Source: Polyangiaceae bacterium (GTDB lineage Bacteria; Myxococcota_A; Polyangia; Polyangiales; Polyangiaceae). From it: DNA of 64,000 bases. Shown piece after piece: positions 27,722 to 38,008 of the stretch. Positions within the stretch are counted from its first letter, which is position 1; the number at the start of each line of letters is the position of its first letter. Under the pieces are notes generated by a model. The model was not told the DNA's origin, did no database searches, and saw nothing but the letters and a program-made list of their open reading frames with translations. A program made the position numbers and the translations under genes. The DNA lies in NCBI GenBank assembly GCA_033763455.1, contig JANRKO010000011.1, positions 77,081 to 141,080 on the forward strand, written 5' to 3'.

Positions 27722-29293
27722 ATGAGTGCCCTTAGGCCCAACTTCCGACGCCAATGGCTCATACCAGTGGTGGCCCTCATATCCACCGCCTTGGTGCTTT
27801 TCTCAGCCTTCTACTCCCTGGATGATTACCTAGTGCCGGCACCTAATTCGCTTGGTGCTTGGGAGCGTTACACAAGCTTCGACCCCACGGCCCTCACTGA
27901 TGCGGTAAGTTCGCTCGCGGGGATGATAGCTGCGGTGCTCGGCATCGTGATCACCGTCGTTAGCATTATTGTTCAACTTTCGGCCGACCGCTATCAAGGC
28001 GTGACGCGAATGTTTTTACGTGATCGCGTGAACGTCTCAACGATGGCGTTCTACGTCGTGGCTTGTGTGTGCGGGGTATGGCTCAGCGTATCCTTGAAGC
28101 ATGATTACGTGCCGAGGAGTGCGCTCCTATTCATGCTGGCCGCAACTACGCTCGGCCTAGTTATCATGGCGCCGTATTTTGCGTACGTGTTTTGGTTTTT
28201 GGATCCGATGAACATCATCTATCGGATCCGGCACGATGCCTTGCAGGCGGCCATCGCCGGCACGCAAGCCGAAAAGCTTGGCCGCCTAGCGAGGGCTCAA
28301 GCCTCGGTGCTATCGGGCATGGAAGAGCTCACGGACATCACCAGCAGCTCCGTATCGAATAAGGATAAGATCATCGCGAGCGGTGCGGTTGATGCCCTCA
28401 AAGATCTGGCACTCGCCTATCTGGAGCACAAGCCCAAGGCGTCGAGCGATTGGTTCCGAATCGGACCTGAGATCCGCAGCAATCCGGATTTCGTCGCTAT
28501 GGATCCAGAGTCCCTCACGGATCTTGAGAATCGCCGCACGTGGGTCGAGTGGAAAGTGATGCGGCAGTACCTCGGCATCTACAATGAAGCCCTCGGGAGC
28601 ATGCGCGACATCAACTACCTGGTGGCCATCGACACCCGGTACCTCGGCGAAGCCGCGGCTCGCAATGACGATCGCGAGCTCGTAGCTCTGGTATTTCGCT
28701 TCCTCAACTCATATTTGCGCGCCACCCTGAATGCTCGCGACGTTCGCACCGCGTACAACGTGCTCAATCAGTATCGCTTGCTCGTAGAATCGATGATCCG
28801 CTTGGGCCGAGTGGCAAGCGCCGTCGAAGGCGTGCGGCACATGATCTACTATGGCCACGTGAGCTTCGACATGAAGCTCACGTTCGTCACCGAAACAGTG
28901 GCCTACGATATTTCCACACTGTGCCAGCTAGCGCACGATCTCGGATCCGATACGGAAGCCGAGACCCTGCGGCTCTTCTTGGAGCTGGATAGACCCCTCC
29001 GAAATCGCAGCCAGGAAGCGGCACTGCTAGGCGTACGCAAGGCCCAAGTAAAGCTTGCCGCCTACTACCTTTTGCGGGGCCACGAAGAGAACGCTCGCAC
29101 CATCTTCGAGGATATGCGGGAGGAGCCCGCAGATCGGCTACACACCATCCGAGCAACACTCAGCGCCGTGGAGAGCAAAGATTTCTGGGAGATTATCGAC
29201 CGCGGCAGGAACTTCGAATACATGCCCGTCGAACAACGCGACAAGTTGGGAGTATTCTTCGCGTGGTTTAACGACGAACCCACCAGCGCTTAA
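27722..29293 (+). CDS. DUF2254-like membrane protein
   Basis: N-terminal TMs with SIIVQLSADRY; large soluble C-terminus. Confidence 0.7.
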   Translation: MSALRPNFRRQWLIPVVALISTALVLFSAFYSLDDYLVPAPNSLGAWERYTSFDPTALTDAVSSLAGMIAAVLGIVITVVSIIVQLSADRYQGVTRMFLRDRVNVSTMAFYVVACVCGVWLSVSLKHDYVPRSALLFMLAATTLGLVIMAPYFAYVFWFLDPMNIIYRIRHDALQAAIAGTQAEKLGRLARAQASVLSGMEELTDITSSSVSNKDKIIASGAVDALKDLALAYLEHKPKASSDWFRIGPEIRSNPDFVAMDPESLTDLENRRTWVEWKVMRQYLGIYNEALGSMRDINYLVAIDTRYLGEAAARNDDRELVALVFRFLNSYLRATLNARDVRTAYNVLNQYRLLVESMIRLGRVASAVEGVRHMIYYGHVSFDMKLTFVTETVAYDISTLCQLAHDLGSDTEAETLRLFLELDRPLRNRSQEAALLGVRKAQVKLAAYYLLRGHEENARTIFEDMREEPADRLHTIRATLSAVESKDFWEIIDRGRNFEYMPVEQRDKLGVFFAWFNDEPTSA

Positions 29294-29315
29294 CGCGGGG
29301 GCGCAACAAGAACTT

Positions 29316-29657
29316 CTATTTATCGTCGCGAAAACCCGGCGGCACTGTGGTGCGCTGCATCGGGAATTGAGACTGACGCCGCTCAAAGCCAGCCAAGAGG
29401 CCATCCAGCAGTGTCTCGTCGCGACGCAAGATCGCCACGCGCAAAAGGCCCGATTGGGGGTGCGAAACGGGCAGGGATGCCAAAAGGATGCGGGCAGTGG
29501 CCAACTTGCGTGTTACGCGGTCTGCGTGTTCTCCGACCTCCTCTACGTCCTGCCGGGTTGCGGGCGGCAACGAGCCATCCGGGCGACGCACGCGCACCCG
29601 AGTGGCATCTGTCTCTTCGGAGGGAGGAGGAGGAGCGGAAGGGCGAGGATTAGTCAT
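29316..29657 (-). CDS. Hypothetical protein
   Basis: Fills gap between genes; myxobacterial-type Pro-rich ends. Confidence 0.55.
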   Translation of the reverse strand: MTNPRPSAPPPPSEETDATRVRVRRPDGSLPPATRQDVEEVGEHADRVTRKLATARILLASLPVSHPQSGLLRVAILRRDETLLDGLLAGFERRQSQFPMQRTTVPPGFRDDK

Positions 29658-29872
29658 GTTGGGCTACCCAGCTTTGAACGCGGGCGTACTTCCCACGATA
29701 ACACTTCTCCGAGAAAGTTCATTCCAGCTCAAACTTTTTCTCACCAAATTGAGATTTGTTCGGCCAAATTTACACTCAGTCGGTCGTTAGCAGCGAAAGC
29801 TTTCAACGACAATGTGGGACAAGCTCGCCTAACAGCACGCATTCCCCGACAACCACAAGTACCGACCCAACT

Positions 29873-31243
29873 ATGGCTACGAGCTCAGATTTAGAGAACA
29901 TTTGGACCATAGAGCGCCTGGTTCCTGGCGGTCGAGGCTTGGCACGTTTGCCCGACGGGCGCATCGGCTTTGCTACTCAAGTGGCCCCGGGAGATAAGAT
30001 CCGCGTCCTTGCCGCCAAAACGCACCGGCAATTCGTAGAAGCCAGTGAATGGACCTTGGTAGAACCGGCAAACGACCGAGTGCACCCAGAGTGCCCTCAC
30101 TTCAATCACTGCGGAGGATGTGATTGGATGCACCTAAGCCGCCAAGCAGAGTTAGCCAGCAAACGAGCGCTCCTGTCCGATGCCTTGAAACGCGTCGGCA
30201 AACTGGGAGAGGTTCCGCCAATAGGTCTTGTAGCTGACCAATTCCCGTCCACCGACCCAGGATATTCAGAAGTCGGGGTAGCCAAAGGTTACCGCAATCG
30301 ACAGCGCTTCCACGTCAGCCCCTCAGGAAAGATCGGGCTGTTTGCTGAGAAATCCCACCAGCTCGTCGAAATAGAGACGTGTTTGATTTCTCACCCCGAA
30401 GTAGTGAGGGGGCTCGTTGTATTGCGGGAGGCGCTCGCTCGCAGGCCGGAGGTTGGGGTGTGGCTGTCGGAAGCTGAAGTGCGGATCTCAGAGCTAGCTC
30501 CCAAGCTCGCTGTCCGGCTCGTGCAAAGAAGCGCAGGTTTCAAACCGGAGCTCACACGAAAGTTTGTGCAAGAGTTGGAACAAAGCTTCGATCTGGTCAC
30601 AATCGGGAGACATCGCGCGCTTGAAACTCAGCGCTTTGCCGTTTTCGAAGATGTCGTGGTGGAGATCCCGCCCGCCGCGTTTGTTCAGGTGAACCCAAGC
30701 ATCAACGCAAAACTCGTGGCGCACGTGGTGGGTCGCTCAAAAGAGCTCGGTATCGAGTATTTCGCCGATCTATATGCGGGAGCGGGCAATTTCGCGCTCC
30801 CCCTCACGGCCGCCGGAATGCGAGGCGTCGCTCTCGAACAATCACGCCCCGCAGTAACAGCCGCCACCCGGCAGGTTCAGGCACTCAAGCTGGACTCGCG
30901 GCTCCAATACATACTCGGGGACGTCGCGACGGGTGTGGGAGCACTGGACAAAGCAACCGGTTCACGGCACCGAGCGAGCGAGACACGCCCTTTTGACCTA
31001 GTGATACTCGACCCGCCACGCGAGGGCGCCAAAGACGTACTCACGGGCGTATTGAGGTTGACCCCTCAGCACATAGCCTATTGCGCGTGCGACCCGGTAT
31101 CGCTAGCGCGGGACCTAAAGACGCTGACCGCTTCTGGGTATCAGCTCACCGATGTGACCATTTTCGACATGTTCCCCCGCACCCATCACTTCGAATCAGT
31201 AGCTTGGTTGTCACGCGGGCCTTTGCCTAAAGAGCGCTCCTGA
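29873..31243 (+). CDS. RlmD/TrmA-family RNA (uracil-5)-methyltransferase with TRAM domain
   Basis: CPHFNHCGGC, AFVQVN, DLYAGAGNF, LDPPREG, DMFPRTHHFE. Confidence 0.9.
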   Translation: MATSSDLENIWTIERLVPGGRGLARLPDGRIGFATQVAPGDKIRVLAAKTHRQFVEASEWTLVEPANDRVHPECPHFNHCGGCDWMHLSRQAELASKRALLSDALKRVGKLGEVPPIGLVADQFPSTDPGYSEVGVAKGYRNRQRFHVSPSGKIGLFAEKSHQLVEIETCLISHPEVVRGLVVLREALARRPEVGVWLSEAEVRISELAPKLAVRLVQRSAGFKPELTRKFVQELEQSFDLVTIGRHRALETQRFAVFEDVVVEIPPAAFVQVNPSINAKLVAHVVGRSKELGIEYFADLYAGAGNFALPLTAAGMRGVALEQSRPAVTAATRQVQALKLDSRLQYILGDVATGVGALDKATGSRHRASETRPFDLVILDPPREGAKDVLTGVLRLTPQHIAYCACDPVSLARDLKTLTASGYQLTDVTIFDMFPRTHHFESVAWLSRGPLPKERS

Positions 31244-31788
31244 TAGCGGCGGAACGCGCCGCGCATTTGGTGCTGCACTCGCTGCATAGCTAGGCCTAAT
31301 TTGGCGCGTTCCTTAGGCGTCATCACCTGGGCAAGCTCAGTGCCTTCCTCGCGGCGAAGGCGATGGATAGCTTCGGTGGTCGTATCCATCGCGGCCAGCA
31401 AGCGGGTAAACGCTCCTTGATCCTGGCTATCGGCTGCAACCAGACGCCGCACCTCTTGTTGCTGCTCTCGCAGCTGCTTACCTAGCTCTCGCTTCTTTGC
31501 ATGGAATTTCAGCAGTGTTTTCTCCACTTGAGCCTTGCGCGTGGCATCCAAGCCTACTTGTTCGGTCAAAACGCGCTCACGCACTTTGGCCAAACGCCCT
31601 TCAAGCTCGCGCCACCGTTCGCCGTGTTTGCCGTTTCTCGGTCGCTCGTGGGAGCCGCCCTTTGCCGCTCGAACGGGAACGTTATCGGCGTTTTGCCCAT
31701 GGGCAAGGGAGGTGAGGCTCCCAAGTAGCAAACAGCCTGCGCCAAGCACCCATACAGCCGCAGTTTTCGTAAACTTCTGAAACATCAT
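31186..31788 (-). CDS. Spy/CpxP-like periplasmic helical protein
   Basis: Signal peptide, coiled helices, MTPKERAK (LTxxQ-like). Confidence 0.7.
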   Translation of the reverse strand: MMFQKFTKTAAVWVLGAGCLLLGSLTSLAHGQNADNVPVRAAKGGSHERPRNGKHGERWRELEGRLAKVRERVLTEQVGLDATRKAQVEKTLLKFHAKKRELGKQLREQQQEVRRLVAADSQDQGAFTRLLAAMDTTTEAIHRLRREEGTELAQVMTPKERAKLGLAMQRVQHQMRGAFRRYQERSLGKGPRDNQATDSK

Positions 31789-32393
31789 CCACCTCCAAGC
31801 AACTCGTTCGTGGCTAGCATCCACCAGTCCACATCCTCTTCGGACAAGGGGCCATACAGATCTTCCGCACCCATGCCGCTCCCGAGCTCGGCATCATCGG
31901 CGTTGTCCCCAACCAACAGCAGACTTGCCTCCGCATCAGTGGTAGCCCAATTATGCTCGGCCCCGAGTGCGACTTCATCAGCCTCGGCGAACCCCGGCCC
32001 ATTCAGAACCTGAGCAGCCTCTCCGAGAGCCTCCGCCTCCTCGGATGTTGCGGGCCCAGCACCAACCACTCGCAATGCGTTCGGCGTGGCACGCTCTCCT
32101 ACGTCGTGCTCCGTGCCCTCCGGCAGAACGCCGGCAGCTTGGGCTCCAACCTCAGCTCCAGCTTGAACTCCGCGCATATCTAGAACCCAAAATCCTGCAG
32201 CGGCCGCCGCTAGCACCGCCGACGCCCCTACGGGTAACCACACCCAACGAGGCCTTCGCTCAAGCGCAGCCGTGGGAATTGCACGCGCCTTGCCCAACAT
32301 GCGAGCGACTTGCAAATCACTCGGCTCCTCGCCAGCCTTTTCAAACAGCTGCCTCAGTTCTACGTGCGCGTTCTGTTCATCCTCGTTGTTCAT
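31785..32393 (-). CDS. Putative anti-sigma factor (single TM)
   Basis: Directly downstream of ECF sigma; one TM; acidic C-terminus. Confidence 0.6.
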   Translation of the reverse strand: MNNEDEQNAHVELRQLFEKAGEEPSDLQVARMLGKARAIPTAALERRPRWVWLPVGASAVLAAAAAGFWVLDMRGVQAGAEVGAQAAGVLPEGTEHDVGERATPNALRVVGAGPATSEEAEALGEAAQVLNGPGFAEADEVALGAEHNWATTDAEASLLLVGDNADDAELGSGMGAEDLYGPLSEEDVDWWMLATNELLGGG

Positions 32394-32403
32394 ACAATCC
32401 TCG

Positions 32404-33012
32404 CTATTCGGAGATCACATCCGAGAGCTTCTCCTTCAATTCCTTCAACACCAGGTGCACAAGTACTCGAGCCGAGCCCTCGGTGGTGCCGGTTGCCTGA
32501 GCAATCTCAAGATAACTTAGGTTGGCGTCGAGCCGGAGTAGCGCCACCTGTTGCCGCTTTTTGGGCATTTGTGCCAAAGCTTCGCGAACTCTTTCCGCCA
32601 GTCGCTGCGCGGTTAACTGCTCAGCAGGATTCGCCGTGGGCTCGGGACCCACCGTGGCTTCTTCTCGACGCCGACGCCGACGCTCGGAGCGCAACAGTGT
32701 GAGTGCTTGCCTCGCTGCGATGGCTCCTAAGAACGCCTTGAGCGAAGTACCAGCCTCGTAGCTACCGAGCTTTTTGAATGCCAACGCGAGCGTCTCCTGC
32801 ACCGCATCTTCGGCGAGCGCAGAACTCCCACACGCGCGCTGAGCAATGCGATAAAGGAGCGGCAGGTGCGGCCCCACCAACGAAGCAAACGCGTGTCCGT
32901 CCCCTTGGAGAGCACGAAGAATGAGTTCCTGCTCGAGCGGCACCGAGCCTTCAGAATTGCCCCGGTACTCTGAAAAAGCTAGGGACCGGTTAGGCAACGT
33001 CATGACGTGCAT
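32404..33012 (-). CDS. ECF RNA polymerase sigma factor
   Basis: GD..AF..LV, AEDAVQET, region 4 LSYLEIA..TGTTEGSAR. Confidence 0.9.
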   Translation of the reverse strand: MHVMTLPNRSLAFSEYRGNSEGSVPLEQELILRALQGDGHAFASLVGPHLPLLYRIAQRACGSSALAEDAVQETLALAFKKLGSYEAGTSLKAFLGAIAARQALTLLRSERRRRRREEATVGPEPTANPAEQLTAQRLAERVREALAQMPKKRQQVALLRLDANLSYLEIAQATGTTEGSARVLVHLVLKELKEKLSDVISE

Positions 33013-33103
33013 CGAGACACCTCACTGATGCCTGGGGAGGCCAATCCGTTAAAGCCCCGCTCAGCCGCACGTGAAATGCCGGGCAATCGTGAGACCTTAT
33101 GTA

Positions 33104-33712
33104 TCAGCGCTTTGGTGGCGACGCGTGGCGCGATACAAAATCCTGTATCGCATTGAGAATGCCGGCGTTCACTTGCTCGCTGCCTGTGGCATTTTCGCGG
33201 AGCCAGGTCTTGGTAACCTGAAGTGAGTGATCCCCGGAGGGGACCACGTACAGCTCGTTGGGGGCCCGCATTTTCCGCCGCACCGACTCTAAGAGCTCTA
33301 TGGGACACAACGGATCGCGGGTGCCCTGCAGAAAAAGCACTGGGGTTCGGAGCTCCTTCAACACTTCGTCGCGAACCTTCTGAAGGTTTCCGGCGCTGAG
33401 CAACGGATACCCAAAACACACAAGCGCGTTTGGCGGAGACTCCAGCGACACGTGGCAGCCCACTCGGCCCCCCATGCTCTTGCCGGCAAGGATCACCGGC
33501 CCCCTGTGGTGGGCTGCAGCCGCAACCAGGGCTTCCTGGTGCGCCTTAATCAACGTGGGAAGGGGATCGGGCCGGTGTCGCCCCTGAAGCATGTAAGGAT
33601 AGTCAAACGACTGAACTTTGCCGACCCGCGCGAGCCGTGTGGCCCAGACGCGCATCCAAGGCGAGCTGGAATCGGCACCGGCTCCGGGAGCAAAAAGCAG
33701 TAGTGGCTTCAT
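33104..33712 (-). CDS. Alpha/beta hydrolase (KANL3/Tex30-like)
   Basis: GAGA, GKSMGGR, FGYPL, QGTRD, GDH. Confidence 0.88.
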   Translation of the reverse strand: MKPLLLFAPGAGADSSSPWMRVWATRLARVGKVQSFDYPYMLQGRHRPDPLPTLIKAHQEALVAAAAHHRGPVILAGKSMGGRVGCHVSLESPPNALVCFGYPLLSAGNLQKVRDEVLKELRTPVLFLQGTRDPLCPIELLESVRRKMRAPNELYVVPSGDHSLQVTKTWLRENATGSEQVNAGILNAIQDFVSRHASPPKR

Positions 33713-33870
33713 CCCGGCAGCATGGAGCGTGTGGCACGCGAAAAAAAGTCGGCCGGGTCAGAGCTACAGTGCCCCAACCCGGCCAGAGGAGCGTTGCGAC
33801 ACGCACCCTACAAAACGACTCCCCGACCGAAGACTTAACGGGGCCTGTCTTCGTTTTGGCTGCATGCAAC

Positions 33871-33915
33871 AAAAAAAAACAACGGCCCAGAGTGAGGGGG
33901 TACTCTGGACCGTTG
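33871..33915 (-). terminator. Intrinsic terminator (sRNA hairpin 2)
   Basis: CAACGGTCCAGAGT-loop-ACTCTGGGCCGTTG followed by T9. Confidence 0.8.
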
Positions 33916-33970
33916 AGAGGAAGCGACGGCTGCCCGGGCGGAGGGGGGGATCGCCAAGGCGGCCGTCCAA
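33871..33970 (-). ncRNA. Putative sigma54-dependent small RNA with two C-rich-loop hairpins (Pxr-like architecture)
   Basis: sigma54 box directly upstream; hairpin 1 GACGGC..GCCGUC with loop AUCCCCCCCUC; hairpin 2 14-bp stem with loop ACCCCCUC followed by U9. Confidence 0.7.
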
Positions 33971-33980
33971 GCTCTTACTA

Positions 33981-33996
33981 AGCAGTATCCGTGCCA
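33981..33996 (-). promoter_or_regulatory. sigma54 -24/-12 promoter of the sRNA
   Basis: TGGCACGGATACTGCT, canonical spacing. Confidence 0.78.
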
Positions 33997-34068
33997 TACT
34001 CGGATCTACGGTTATTGCGGTGTTTCCTTCGGGGCGAGGCGAGCGGGACCTTCCAACTTAGCAAATGA

Positions 34069-34086
34069 CGTTTCGTAAACGAAACG
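34069..34086. promoter_or_regulatory. Palindrome, candidate enhancer (bEBP) site
   Basis: Perfect CGTTTCGT-AA-ACGAAACG about 107 bp upstream of the predicted sRNA start. Confidence 0.45.
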
Positions 34087-34249
34087 ATGACGGCACCGAG
34101 GAGCCAAACGTCTTCAGACTTCATGTGCGCGGTGAGCAGGTCCGAGCTCGGTCGGATTTGCATCAAGTGACCCGCCCGCCCACGAGCAAGCCAGGCGGCT
34201 TTCCTCCGTTAGAATAATCGAGCAAGATGGCCGGCAGCCGAGAATCGTT

Positions 34250-34780
34250 ATGGCAAGCGACAGACCAGACTACCCGAGCCCACAGCCGGGTGATCCGGAA
34301 GACGTAAGAGTTGCGCTGCAAGCGGGCGAGCATGCCTGGAAGAGTGGGAACGAACGGGAGGCATTGCGCTCGCTCCAGCGTGCCACATTGGCTGCCACTA
34401 AGACCAACCCAGGGCAACGCGCGGGCCAGTTGGCGCAAGCAGTAGCAGCCCTGTCCCAGCGGGTGGGAGGCCAGGTGCTGACGGTTCCGACTCTCTCGAA
34501 ACCCGTCCCAACCGGAGCCACCCCGGAAAACGACTACTCAGATACAACCGTGGTAGACGGCCCCGCCGAAACGGTCTCCGCGCCCAAGCTCCAGGCGAAA
34601 ATCACACCACCCAAAGCACGCATGGCACTGCGCGTGGCAGTGGAACCGACGCCGGGGGAGCCCAACGTACTGAGAGTGCACTTGCTCGAGGATGGTCGCG
34701 CGCCTGCTCAGGGCTTGCACGAGGCTTTCCTCGTTGCAGTGGAACCCTTGGCGGATCTGCTGCGCCGCAAAGATGCCTAG
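34250..34780 (+). CDS. Hypothetical protein
   Basis: 176-aa ORF filling the gap; helical N-terminus. Confidence 0.65.
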   Translation: MASDRPDYPSPQPGDPEDVRVALQAGEHAWKSGNEREALRSLQRATLAATKTNPGQRAGQLAQAVAALSQRVGGQVLTVPTLSKPVPTGATPENDYSDTTVVDGPAETVSAPKLQAKITPPKARMALRVAVEPTPGEPNVLRVHLLEDGRAPAQGLHEAFLVAVEPLADLLRRKDA

Positions 34781-34842
34781 CAGAAGCTCGCTGGGACCAC
34801 CGTTTTGCGACGCAGCCAGCTCAAGAGCGATAGCGCCCGAGC

Positions 34843-36162
34843 TCAAAGAAAATCTTTAAGCATCCGGCAACGCTTGGGATTTTTGAGCTTTCGAAGGGCT
34901 TTGGCTTCGATCTGACGAATACGCTCGCGCGTAACCTCGAAATCTTGGCCAACCTCTTCGAGCGTGTGCTCGCTCTTTTCCTCAATCCCAAAGCGCATGC
35001 GCAGCACCTTCTCTTCGCGTGGCGTAAGCGTCTTTAACGCACGCCCAGTTTGCTCGCTCAAGCTGCTTTCGATGGCCGCCTCTACAGGGCTGACAGCGCC
35101 GGCATCTTCAATGAAATCGCCCAGGCAGCTGTCCCCTTCCTCGCCAAACGGTGTCTCCAGGCTCAGCGGCTCCTTCACCAGCTTGAGCACCTTGTTGAGC
35201 TCAGTGGGAGATATCTCCAGCTCCTTGGCGATCTCTTCCGGCGTCGGCTCGCGCCCGAGCTCATGCATCAAAAAGCGGGCAGTGCGAAACACCTTGTTGG
35301 TGGTTTCCAGCATGTGCACCGGGATGCGAATGGTCCGTGATTGATCCGCGATCGCTCGGGTGATGGCCTGGCGGATCCACCACGTGCCGTAAGTGGAGAA
35401 TTTATACCCGCGTCGGTAGTCAAACTTTTCTACCGCGCGCATCAAGCCAATGTTGCCCTCTTGCACGAGGTCCAGGAACTGAAGGCCGTGGTTGGTGTAC
35501 TTTTTGGCAATCGACACGACCAAGCGCAAATTGGCCTCGACGAGCTCTGCCTTGGCACGCTCCGTGAGGCGCTCACTCCGGCAAATCTGCTCGTAGGTGG
35601 CTTGTGCCTGCTGCGATGCGCTCGCTGAAAGCTGACGCTCCTGCATCTGCTGCTGATGCGACGCCTTCTGGTGCTTGATGAGCCGCTGAATGAGCTTACC
35701 GCTCAGCTGCATCTGCTTCAAAATCTCAATGCACTTGCCACGGTGTTCACGGATGCTGGCCGTGACTTCCTTCTTCTTCTCGGCAGTGCTGCCCTTACTC
35801 TCTTCAACGAGCTGAGCAATCTGCTTCTCTAGCTTTTTGATCTTCTCGATCAGGCCCAGGAAGCGCTGAACGGATTCCTCTTCGGAACGGTTTTCAATGT
35901 CTTCCAGGTCGCCCAAGAGCGTGTTCGCTCGGATCTTCCCGAGCCGAAGTTGCTCAGCAAGACGCATGAGCTCCTCCATTGCCCAAGGGCTGCTAAAGAG
36001 CGCTTCGAGGATCTGGACTTGGCCTTCCTCAATGCGTTTCGCAATCTCAATTTCGCGCTCACGGGTTAACAGCGCAGTCCGCGCCATCTTTGTGAGGTAG
36101 GCGCGGACGCCATCACTCTCTAGACCCGAAGCATCACCCGATCTCTGAGTTGTCTTTTTCAA
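34843..36162 (-). CDS. RpoD-like sigma-70 factor lacking region 1.1
   Basis: [86 protein letters not shown]. Confidence 0.92.
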   Translation of the reverse strand: MKKTTQRSGDASGLESDGVRAYLTKMARTALLTREREIEIAKRIEEGQVQILEALFSSPWAMEELMRLAEQLRLGKIRANTLLGDLEDIENRSEEESVQRFLGLIEKIKKLEKQIAQLVEESKGSTAEKKKEVTASIREHRGKCIEILKQMQLSGKLIQRLIKHQKASHQQQMQERQLSASASQQAQATYEQICRSERLTERAKAELVEANLRLVVSIAKKYTNHGLQFLDLVQEGNIGLMRAVEKFDYRRGYKFSTYGTWWIRQAITRAIADQSRTIRIPVHMLETTNKVFRTARFLMHELGREPTPEEIAKELEISPTELNKVLKLVKEPLSLETPFGEEGDSCLGDFIEDAGAVSPVEAAIESSLSEQTGRALKTLTPREEKVLRMRFGIEEKSEHTLEEVGQDFEVTRERIRQIEAKALRKLKNPKRCRMLKDFL

Positions 36163-36359
36163 GCGCCCTGTCCTAGCACCTTTCCAGAAAAAGGGGGCTA
36201 CTTCGCGCTTTTTACCGAAGTGGTCCCATCCCGGCGATTTCTGGGGGTCCTGCCGGGGTCCCCACCGCCCCGGGACCCGTGCGCGACTTGGCTGGCGGCC
36301 AATTCCAGGGGTCCGACGGAAAACCTTGGCAGGCCGTGGGCGACCTGATAGTCGGCCGC

Positions 36360-36887
36360 ATGGCTAACCCGGCACTTACCGCCCAGACCGACCGCGTCGT
36401 CTCTATCCTCTATGTACTGACCCTCAGCGACGGCAGGCAAGTCGACTCGTCCGGCGTTGACGATCCCCTCGAATACCTGCACGGACACGACAACATTGTT
36501 CCAGGACTCGAACGCAAGCTTGAGGGTCGAGCGGTGGGCGATAAGTTGAAGGTCACCGTGGCGCCAGTCGACGGGTACGGGGACGTTGAGCCCGACGGGG
36601 TGCAGACCATGCCAAAGGATGCTTTTCCGCCCGGAGTAGAGGTCGGAATGCAGCTTGCGATGGAAGATGACGAGGGCGACACCGTGTCACTTTGGGTCAA
36701 AGAAGTTACTAAGGACAACGTCGTTATCGACTTCAATCACCCGCTCGCCGGGCAGACGCTTCATTTTGATGTCGAAGTTGTCGGGGTTCGAGAAGCGAGC
36801 CCTGAAGAGCTCGAACACGGTCACGTGCATGGCGCCCACGATCATCACCACGATGACTCCGAGGACGACCACCACCACCATCACTGA
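36360..36887 (+). CDS. slyD: FKBP-type PPIase SlyD with His-rich tail
   Basis: [33 protein letters not shown], His-rich C-terminus. Confidence 0.92.
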   Translation: MANPALTAQTDRVVSILYVLTLSDGRQVDSSGVDDPLEYLHGHDNIVPGLERKLEGRAVGDKLKVTVAPVDGYGDVEPDGVQTMPKDAFPPGVEVGMQLAMEDDEGDTVSLWVKEVTKDNVVIDFNHPLAGQTLHFDVEVVGVREASPEELEHGHVHGAHDHHHDDSEDDHHHHH

Positions 36888-37999
36888 TCCGGATCGGGCG
36901 GTGGCACCACGAATTCGTATTCGGTAGCCCAAGATTTCTCCGCACCGGAGTCGAGGTGCAGAGCAATGAACACCTCAGGCGCCACCACTTCGCGTACCGA
37001 CCAAACGGTGAATTTCTCCGGCGCAAAGTCCCCAGAAACGCGCACCTTGGAACCAACCTGCGTGTTTTCTAGCTCGAAGCTAAAGGTGGGCCTCGCGTCA
37101 GTGGGCTTCAGGTTTCCGAAGATCGAAGACTTCGCTGGAATGGGGCCAAGCACCTCCAGCGCAGAGCCAACCAAGCGCCCTAAGCTAGGCGGCTGAAGGC
37201 CCTCTATAACGACAACGGGTGCACCGAAGGCAACGCGATAGGCTGGGCCAATGAACTGACCGTCCAAGCGGAAGAAATTGTGCGCGTAGTGATTGGTGTG
37301 GATGGGTTCTGAACCCGTGTTCTTGAGCGTGTGCTCGATCACCAGCAGCGTGCGGGTCGGATCGAGCCGCACCACTTTTCGATATTGATAACCAAACCCG
37401 CGGCTTATGGGCAGCTCCTGCGAAAAAGTGGCGCTCAGCGCGTCGTGCTCCACGCGCCACGGCAGGGCTCGCACGAGGGGATACTCACCGTTGAAACTGT
37501 AGGGCTCGGCTGAGGTGCGACGGAGCTCACCCACTCCGATCTTGAAGAATGATTCACCTGGCTTGGCCGCGGCGTAGCCGAGTGGCGTCTCGATGCCGAA
37601 TTCCTCAGCCGGCCCCGTCGCGGCGTCATGAGCCAACGGGTCGTGAGTTGCTTGCCACGGCTCCACAAACCGATGTGCGCCGACCTTTACCGAGCCAATA
37701 ATGCCCGAGCGGTCGAAGCGAATTCCCCGATAATAACCGGTGACCGCATCGGGCGGAAAAACCTGTACTTGCATATTGGGGTTACCGAGGAAAAACACTG
37801 GGAAAGTGTCGCTCGGCTGTGAGTTGGCGTCGCTTGAGCGTTCCACATTTCCCGGCGCGACTAAGGTCGAGCTCGGCTCTCTGGAGCGGGGACATGGGCC
37901 GCTTCCGGCACAGCTCAGTAGGCTCGTGGCCACCAGCACCAAGCGGAACCTTCGGACAAACGCTAGGGAACCGAACGGAATGAGGTGGGGACTGCTCAT
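36881..37999 (-). CDS. Lipoprotein, galactose-mutarotase-like hypothetical
   Basis: Lipobox LLSC; YYRGIRFD, GPAEEF, HYAHNFF. Confidence 0.65.
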   Translation of the reverse strand: MSSPHLIPFGSLAFVRRFRLVLVATSLLSCAGSGPCPRSREPSSTLVAPGNVERSSDANSQPSDTFPVFFLGNPNMQVQVFPPDAVTGYYRGIRFDRSGIIGSVKVGAHRFVEPWQATHDPLAHDAATGPAEEFGIETPLGYAAAKPGESFFKIGVGELRRTSAEPYSFNGEYPLVRALPWRVEHDALSATFSQELPISRGFGYQYRKVVRLDPTRTLLVIEHTLKNTGSEPIHTNHYAHNFFRLDGQFIGPAYRVAFGAPVVVIEGLQPPSLGRLVGSALEVLGPIPAKSSIFGNLKPTDARPTFSFELENTQVGSKVRVSGDFAPEKFTVWSVREVVAPEVFIALHLDSGAEKSWATEYEFVVPPPDPDQ

Positions 38000-38008
38000 C
38001 GGCGCTGA

